DNA of 39,532 nt from a virus (lineage: Duplodnaviria > Caudoviricetes): the IMG/VR virus record IMGVR_UViG_3300025277_000007, positions 1 to 39,532 of that record, one strand, 5' to 3'. Positions 34,663 through 39,532 of this stretch are shown piece by piece (position 1 is the stretch's first letter; each line of letters starts with the position of its first letter). The translations under genes and the position numbers were made by a program. The notes below the pieces were generated by a model. That model searched no databases. It was not told the DNA's origin and saw only the letters and a list, made by a program, of their open reading frames with translations.

Positions 34663-36020
34663 GGTTCGGCTCGTTGTTCGCTGGCATCGGCGGCTTTGAC
34701 CTCGGGCTGGAGAGGGCCGGTATGGAGTGCGCGTGGCAGGTGGAGATCGATCCATGGGCACGGCGCGTACTGGCCAGGCACTGGCCCTCTGTGCCTCGCT
34801 ACGAGGATGTAAAGGAAGTTGGCCATCATAACCTGGAGCCTGTCGATGTCATCTGTGGCGGGTTCCCCTGTCAGGATATATCCCATGCTGGAAAAAGAGC
34901 AGGTATCGGAGGTGAACGCTCGGGTCTTTGGGGAGAATATGCGCGAATCATTCGCGAGCTACGACCTCGATACGTCATCGTGGAGAACGTCGGCGCTCTC
35001 CTTGTTCGGGGGATCGATGTCGTACTCCGAGACTTGGCCGAGAGCGGGTATGATGCGGAATGGGACATCATATCGGCTGCAGCCGTTGGTGCCCCGCACC
35101 TCCGTGAAAGGGTCTGGATTGTGGCCTACCCCGACCACGGACAGCGCGCAGGACAGGCAGAAGAAATACGCACAGGGCGGGACGCCTCTCACTATGGCCG
35201 TGAAGATGTGGCCTACCCCCAGAGCAGCAGACTTCAAGGGAGCGATCAACCCGTCAGAGACAACGGCCCGCAGAGTGGAAACTGGCAAAGCGAACCTGCC
35301 GGAGGCAGTGGTGGAGTCGCAGAGATGGCCGACACCGCAGGCGTCCGACAACAGGGACAGGGGGAATCGACAGACACCAGCAATCAAGCGACGGATCGAG
35401 AAGGGGAAACAAGTGATGCTCTCGATGTCCGTATCGGACACCAGTGGACAGTTGAACCCGATGTTTGTCTGCTGGCTGATGGGCTATCCGAAAAACTGGA
35501 CGGAGGTCGTCGAGTAAATGTTGACAAGAGATGGCTACAGGTTCCATGCCCGCAAGGCGCGGGAGAAATCCTGCGCCGATTGCGGGAGTACCGAGAGGCT
35601 CTGCGCCCACCACATCAGCGGGGATTGGACGGACAACACACCCTCGAACTTGCAGACGCTATGCAATTCCTGTCATACGTCATTGCATCACAGACAGGGA
35701 GACATCCTGAAGAAGTCAGAACCGCCGCCGTGCAAGATCTGCGGCAAGCCGTCGTATCGATCAGTGGAGGGCTTGTGCAGCACACACCGGACCAGACTCA
35801 AGAGACATGGGAGTCCCTTGCTGAAGAAGAGAAGGACTGGTGCATCGTGGCATCTCGCATGGGACCGTGGTGGACTGAGTGGACAGAGGTTCCAAGAGTT
35901 GCAAGCGGAATACCCAAGCGGGTGGACAGACTTAGAGGACTCGGCAACGCCGTAGTGCCCCAGGTGGTCGAGTGGATCGGCCACCGCATCATGGAGGTAG
36001 AAGCCTATGAGCCAGTGTGA
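34659..36020 (+). CDS. dcm: DNA cytosine-5 methyltransferase, alpha (catalytic) polypeptide
   Basis: Motif I FAGIGG, IV GGFPCQ, VI ENV, VIII H.RERVW, X RLRGLGNAV; motif IX absent from this frame. Confidence 0.92.
   Translation: MRFGSLFAGIGGFDLGLERAGMECAWQVEIDPWARRVLARHWPSVPRYEDVKEVGHHNLEPVDVICGGFPCQDISHAGKRAGIGGERSGLWGEYARIIRELRPRYVIVENVGALLVRGIDVVLRDLAESGYDAEWDIISAAAVGAPHLRERVWIVAYPDHGQRAGQAEEIRTGRDASHYGREDVAYPQSSRLQGSDQPVRDNGPQSGNWQSEPAGGSGGVAEMADTAGVRQQGQGESTDTSNQATDREGETSDALDVRIGHQWTVEPDVCLLADGLSEKLDGGRRVNVDKRWLQVPCPQGAGEILRRLREYREALRPPHQRGLDGQHTLELADAMQFLSYVIASQTGRHPEEVRTAAVQDLRQAVVSISGGLVQHTPDQTQETWESLAEEEKDWCIVASRMGPWWTEWTEVPRVASGIPKRVDRLRGLGNAVVPQVVEWIGHRIMEVEAYEPV
34846..35517 (+). 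CDS. C5-MTase beta polypeptide in the +1 overlapping frame (3 WPTP TRD-like repeats + motif IX)
   Basis: GGAG 7 nt before ATG 34846; WPTP at 35122, 35209, 35326; 'GQLNPMFVCWLMGYPKNWT'. Confidence 0.75.
   Translation: MSSVAGSPVRIYPMLEKEQVSEVNARVFGENMRESFASYDLDTSSWRTSALSLFGGSMSYSETWPRAGMMRNGTSYRLQPLVPRTSVKGSGLWPTPTTDSAQDRQKKYAQGGTPLTMAVKMWPTPRAADFKGAINPSETTARRVETGKANLPEAVVESQRWPTPQASDNRDRGNRQTPAIKRRIEKGKQVMLSMSVSDTSGQLNPMFVCWLMGYPKNWTEVVE
35518..35955 (+). CDS. HNH endonuclease nested in the +1 frame of the MTase gene
   Basis: 'CADCG...HHISGD..DN...NLQTLCNSCH..LH' plus second Zn motif 'CKIC...GLCSTH..RLKRHG.P'; GGAGGT RBS at 35502-35507. Confidence 0.8.
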   Translation: MLTRDGYRFHARKAREKSCADCGSTERLCAHHISGDWTDNTPSNLQTLCNSCHTSLHHRQGDILKKSEPPPCKICGKPSYRSVEGLCSTHRTRLKRHGSPLLKKRRTGASWHLAWDRGGLSGQRFQELQAEYPSGWTDLEDSATP

Positions 36021-36228
36021 GGACATCAAGGCCCATCTGCAAGCTGGTCACTCGTTGACGGCACTGGAGGCCCTGCAGCGTTTCGGGTGCTTCCGGCTGG
36101 CCGCCAGGATCGCTGACCTCAAAACGGAGGGGATGCACATCGACACTGTCATGGTCGCAGATGAGGACACTGGCAAGGTTTACGCTCGTTATTCCACCCC
36201 TACCTTTCGACTGGAGTTTTCCCCATGA
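36007..36228 (+). CDS. Small winged-helix/HTH protein
   Basis: 'I..HL..G.SLTALEAL..FGCFRLAARI.DLK..G..I.T' phage HTH pattern. Confidence 0.8.
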   Translation: MSQCEDIKAHLQAGHSLTALEALQRFGCFRLAARIADLKTEGMHIDTVMVADEDTGKVYARYSTPTFRLEFSP

Positions 36229-36395
36229 CTGTCGCCTGTATTACGCTGGATCGCGCTGAGAGTGAGGTGGTACTGGCAGCCCTGCGCCAGCCCGGCACCA
36301 CCGTCTGGATGGACGAGAAGCAGGCCGCTACCCTGTCGTATCTGGAAAAGCGCCTCGACCACTATTTGCAGGATCTGGAAGCGAGGAAGAAATAA
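36225..36395 (+). CDS. 56-aa hypothetical protein (not in the ORF track)
   Basis: MTVACITLDRAESEVVLAALR...LEARKK; GGAG RBS, ATGA overlap. Confidence 0.6.
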   Translation: MTVACITLDRAESEVVLAALRQPGTTVWMDEKQAATLSYLEKRLDHYLQDLEARKK

Positions 36396-36396
36396 C

Positions 36397-36609
36397 ATGC
36401 CCCGGTGGAAAACAGAACTGACCCTCCACGATGCCCCTGTCACAGTCCACTACGTCCACGGTGGCCTCATGGTGATGTGTGGGAGTGAGGATGTGACCGA
36501 CAATATCAGCAAACAAGACCTGTCTACTCTGCATACCATTGGCGGCGAGGTGGAGCAGGAGAATATGATCGAAGACAACGGAGTCATGGTGCCAGAGGAT
36601 ACCCCGTGA
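36397..36609 (+). CDS. Hypothetical protein (MPRWKTELT...)
   Basis: GAGGA RBS; fills the operon gap. Confidence 0.55.
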   Translation: MPRWKTELTLHDAPVTVHYVHGGLMVMCGSEDVTDNISKQDLSTLHTIGGEVEQENMIEDNGVMVPEDTP

Positions 36610-37412
36610 CGGAACACGATATCATCGACCAGGCCATTAAGCAGTACAGCATCACCAAAGTGTTTGGCCTGTTCTCTGGAGGGCATGACTCTCTCTGTGC
36701 CACCCATGTCGCCTCCAGCCATCCCGCCTTCGTTTCTGCGGTGCATATCAATACCGGGATCGGGGTGCCACAAACGCGCCAGTTCGTACGAGATACGTGC
36801 AAAGAGCATGGGTGGGAACTGTTTGAATATCACCCGCCCGTTCCTTATCGGGAGATCGTCAAGGAACACGGCTTCCCCGGCCCTGGAGGTCATCTATACA
36901 TGTACACGCGCCTCAAAGAGAGGTGCATTCGCCAGCTCACCAGAGAACACAAGACGCACCGCCTGGAGCATATCGGGCTGGTGTCAGGGGTGCGCTCGGA
37001 AGAATCCACGCGACGAATGAGACATGTGGACGCAATCCAGAAAGAAATCTCACGGATCTGGATTGCCCCGATCCATGCATGGGACAAGCGGCAGTGCAAC
37101 GACTACATCGACAAGCACAACCTCAAGCGCAACGAGGTCGTCGATCTTATCCATATGTCGGGGGAATGTTTATGCGGCGCTTTTGCATCGCCTGGAGAGC
37201 GCGAAGAGCTGCGCTTGTGGTTTCCTGATGTAGTGAAGGAAATAGAAGAGATCGAGGCAGAGGTGGCCAAAACCGAGAAGCCTTGTGTCTGGGGTCAAAA
37301 ACCGACCAGGATCGCCGGACAGCAGGAGATGGCGTTTATGCCCATGTGCGTGGGCTGCGGCAAGAGAGATGAAGACAACCACAACGAAACCACTGGAGAA
37401 TTGAACCCATGA
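36606..37412 (+). CDS. PAPS-reductase-family (PP-loop) protein
   Basis: 'FSGGHDS', 'NTG', 'LKER', 'GVRSEES..R', 'API..W', 'SGECLCGAF'. Confidence 0.85.
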   Translation: MTEHDIIDQAIKQYSITKVFGLFSGGHDSLCATHVASSHPAFVSAVHINTGIGVPQTRQFVRDTCKEHGWELFEYHPPVPYREIVKEHGFPGPGGHLYMYTRLKERCIRQLTREHKTHRLEHIGLVSGVRSEESTRRMRHVDAIQKEISRIWIAPIHAWDKRQCNDYIDKHNLKRNEVVDLIHMSGECLCGAFASPGEREELRLWFPDVVKEIEEIEAEVAKTEKPCVWGQKPTRIAGQQEMAFMPMCVGCGKRDEDNHNETTGELNP

Positions 37413-37621
37413 CATCCCGACAACACACGATCCGCGACTCGGATCAAAGACCTGTATGCAGCGAGTGCGAAACCACCATGCTCTGCTCGAAAAACGAGGT
37501 GCGAGTGGACTGTGGTCATGGATACGTCAAGAGCGGCGATGAGTACACCTGCTCCGAATGCAATATCAGAGTCATCGTCGGATTCGGCAGTACATGGCAA
37601 CCCGAGGAGGTAGCAGCATGA
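37409..37621 (+). CDS. Zinc-ribbon protein
   Basis: CSEC...CSEC. Confidence 0.65.
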   Translation: MTSRQHTIRDSDQRPVCSECETTMLCSKNEVRVDCGHGYVKSGDEYTCSECNIRVIVGFGSTWQPEEVAA

Positions 37622-37926
37622 GGACATTGAACGTCAACGTCAAGGTGGAGGTGGAGTTTGAACTGGACGTATTCCGTACAGGATGCTCCACAGAGCCTCC
37701 AGACCCCGCCCTGTGCGAGATCTACGGGGTATGGGTGACATTGCCCTGCGGCCGGCGTCTGTTCAATCTGGGGCCGTTCCTGGACGAAGGGGAGCTGGAT
37801 GACCTCAAGCAGCAGATCGTCATGGACGCTGAAGAGGGCTGGGCGGCCGACGAGGCCGACTGGCAGGCCGACAATGCCAAGGAGGGCTGGGAGGTCGAGG
37901 TCGGTGGCGGCGGGGAGGTGCGATGA
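37618..37926 (+). CDS. Acidic hypothetical protein
   Basis: GAGGAGG RBS before MRTLN. Confidence 0.65.
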   Translation: MRTLNVNVKVEVEFELDVFRTGCSTEPPDPALCEIYGVWVTLPCGRRLFNLGPFLDEGELDDLKQQIVMDAEEGWAADEADWQADNAKEGWEVEVGGGGEVR

Positions 37927-38099
37927 TGGCCAGGACTTTGCGAGATGAATTCGCCATGGCTGCTATGGCTGGAATGCATGCTGCCGACACAGACATCAGC
38001 AAGAGAGAATGTGCAACCGCTGCATACCAAATGGCCGATATCATGATGGAAGAGCGCAAGAAGCACCTGTCAGCAGAGAGAACGCATGATGATGACTGA
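37923..38099 (+). CDS. 58-aa phage protein (RD.FA..AM...AY..AD.M pattern; not in the ORF track)
   Basis: MMARTLRDEFAMAAMAGM...AAYQMADIMMEER; GGAGG RBS. Confidence 0.7.
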   Translation: MMARTLRDEFAMAAMAGMHAADTDISKRECATAAYQMADIMMEERKKHLSAERTHDDD

Positions 38100-38373
38100 C
38101 ATCGAACGAGCCCAGCAGGAGGACGACGAGTACGCGGCCTTCTGCTCTGAAACAGCCAAGCTCAACAACCGAATCCTGGCTGCCAGGCAGAAGATGGGCC
38201 TGTCGCAATCACAGATGGCCGATGCCATGGGCGTGACCACGCGGACCATCAAGAAATGGGAGGAGCCACGCCGCTATGAAGAGTTGGACAGCATCTGGCC
38301 CCCCGAGAGGGCCTGTCGTCATGCGACGTTGCTGGCCGGGATCGATATAATCTGGCATTGGGCAAGGCCATGA
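38086..38373 (+). CDS. XRE-family HTH protein
   Basis: 'ILAARQKMGLSQSQMADAMGVTTRTIKKWE'. Confidence 0.8.
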   Translation: MMMTDIERAQQEDDEYAAFCSETAKLNNRILAARQKMGLSQSQMADAMGVTTRTIKKWEEPRRYEELDSIWPPERACRHATLLAGIDIIWHWARP

Positions 38374-38401
38374 AGAAGCGGACAGAAGCAGAGTTGGCCA
38401 A

Positions 38402-39145
38402 GTGAAGATCTTTCTGGGCCATACATCAAGCCACAAGATCCTGGCTCGACTGGAAACGCTGGGGTGGGGGAGGTTCTGGTGCTATCACAACCAGTTCAAC
38501 CCCTTCCCCGGCGAACAGTGGGGCCTCGACAACGGTGCCTACGCCGCCTGGCAGAACGATACGCCATGGGACGCAGCAGCCTTTATCGACAAGGCGCAAC
38601 GGGCTGCCGAAATGGACGGCTGTGTGCTGGCGGTGCTGCCTGACATGGTTGGCCAAGGGGAGAGATCGCTGGACTTCTCGCTGGAATGGCTGGCCAAGCT
38701 CCCCAAATTGCCCTGGTATCTGGCCGTGCAGGACGGCATGGAACTACAGCCCCTCTGGGGTAGGTTGCTGGACAACCTGGATGGCATCGACGGGTTGTTC
38801 CTGGGTGGCACGAAACGGTTCAAGTTGACCGCGATGAACTGGCGCATGACAGCTGACATGATGGGCAAGCGACTTCACTACGCAAGATGTTCAACGCCTG
38901 CAGTGTTGCAACACGCCATGAATTGCAATGTGGATTCAGTGGATTCCAGTTTCCCGCTATGGACAAAGGAACGTCTGGCCATCTTTGAGAAGGTGATCTC
39001 AGGCGAGGCACCGCAGATGCAGTTGGCAGAAGAGTGGGGCTATCGTAACGATCCGTCGTTGTTGTTCAACAGCAAGCAGACGTTGGCCGAGGAAAGGGCG
39101 TCCGGCAAAAGAAATCCCTTGCGAAAGGACAGTCGTTCAGTGTAG
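38402..39145 (+). CDS. TGT/DpdA-like TIM-barrel protein (putative DNA base modification)
   Basis: 'LDNGAY..W', 'PD.VG', 'AVQDG', 'LFLGGT..FK', 'HYAR', 'DSVDSS' resemble guanine-transglycosylase-like phage proteins. Confidence 0.6.
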   Translation: MKIFLGHTSSHKILARLETLGWGRFWCYHNQFNPFPGEQWGLDNGAYAAWQNDTPWDAAAFIDKAQRAAEMDGCVLAVLPDMVGQGERSLDFSLEWLAKLPKLPWYLAVQDGMELQPLWGRLLDNLDGIDGLFLGGTKRFKLTAMNWRMTADMMGKRLHYARCSTPAVLQHAMNCNVDSVDSSFPLWTKERLAIFEKVISGEAPQMQLAEEWGYRNDPSLLFNSKQTLAEERASGKRNPLRKDSRSV

Positions 39146-39208
39146 ATTCCAAGCGTCAGGGTTCCTCCCCCTGGTGTTTCGTAGTTGAGTAGTGGTTATG
39201 GGTTAGAG

Positions 39209-39245
39209 AAGGGCCGGCGCCGGATATCGCCGGCCCTTTTCGTTT
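39209..39245 (+). terminator. Intrinsic terminator ending the early operon
   Basis: AAGGGCCGGCG-loop-CGCCGGCCCTTTTCGTTT. Confidence 0.8.
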
Positions 39246-39272
39246 GACTTCTCCGGTAAGCCGCCGTATCAT
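39244..39272 (+). promoter_or_regulatory. Sigma70-type promoter with no downstream protein gene
   Basis: TTGACT, 17 nt, TATCAT. Confidence 0.7.
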
Positions 39273-39277
39273 GGGGT

Positions 39278-39394
39278 TGCCTGACGTATTGTCGAGTACC
39301 TATCTTCTAACCGGCCTCCACAGGCTGGCCACAGAAGAACCCCGTAGGGACATCGGACTCGACACCGTTAGGCACCCTGCGGGGTTTCTTCTTT
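39278..39394 (+). ncRNA. Candidate structured non-coding RNA (pseudoknot / alternative stems)
   Basis: 39278-39297 pairs with 39357-39374, which lies in the loop of stem 39333-39349/39375-39392. Confidence 0.5.
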
Positions 39395-39429
39395 GAGGCC
39401 CCCAAACCTACGGGTGCCATTGTGGGGAT

Positions 39430-39532
39430 CTGGCCACTGGAGCAGACCAGTATCCAGTCTGTGGGTAAACGTATCTGTCCACCCATAAGAACAACGAGCG
39501 ACAGGTGTAGTGGGGACCAACTGGGACCGGGT
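39430..39532. repeat. Direct terminal repeat, right copy
   Basis: Identical to 1-103. Confidence 0.95.

Noticed and set aside
35502-35870. Group I intron or intein carrying the HNH
   Set aside because: The alpha frame is continuous, the HNH is in a different frame, and no intein Cys...His-Asn ends or room for a ribozyme core are evident
1-39532. tRNA genes, integrase/att site, stop-codon recoding
   Set aside because: No cloverleaf, no recombinase motif, and genes tile normally under the standard code

Overview
The window looks like one complete, circularly assembled ~39.4 kb tailed-phage genome: bases 1-103 recur exactly at 39430-39532. Its layout is podovirus-like. A long minus-strand late operon (~29830 down to ~3500) encodes an ART-like protein, an acidic repeat protein, terS, terL, portal, a glycosyltransferase, a Zn-ribbon protein, scaffold, major capsid, a decoration-like protein, adaptor and nozzle-like proteins, four putative ejection proteins, a tail fibre and small membrane proteins. 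Plus-strand blocks carry an SSB-like protein, RusA and an M15 endolysin (1411-3502), and a DNA-modification-rich early region (33452-39145). The most striking locus is a C5 DNA methyltransferase gene (34659-36020) that carries two further proteins in its +1 frame. One is a beta subunit with three WPTP target-recognition-like repeats plus motif IX; the other is a complete HNH endonuclease with its own RBS. The MTase frame stays open across both. Other highlights: a promoter-driven, pseudoknot-forming non-coding RNA running across the circular junction into a G-tract, in a genome with no recognisable replication or integration genes; a near-identical 18-aa motif shared by two adjacent late proteins; and two repeat/palindrome-rich non-coding blocks bracketing a small convergent gene island. 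Family assignments come from motifs recognised by eye, not from database searches.
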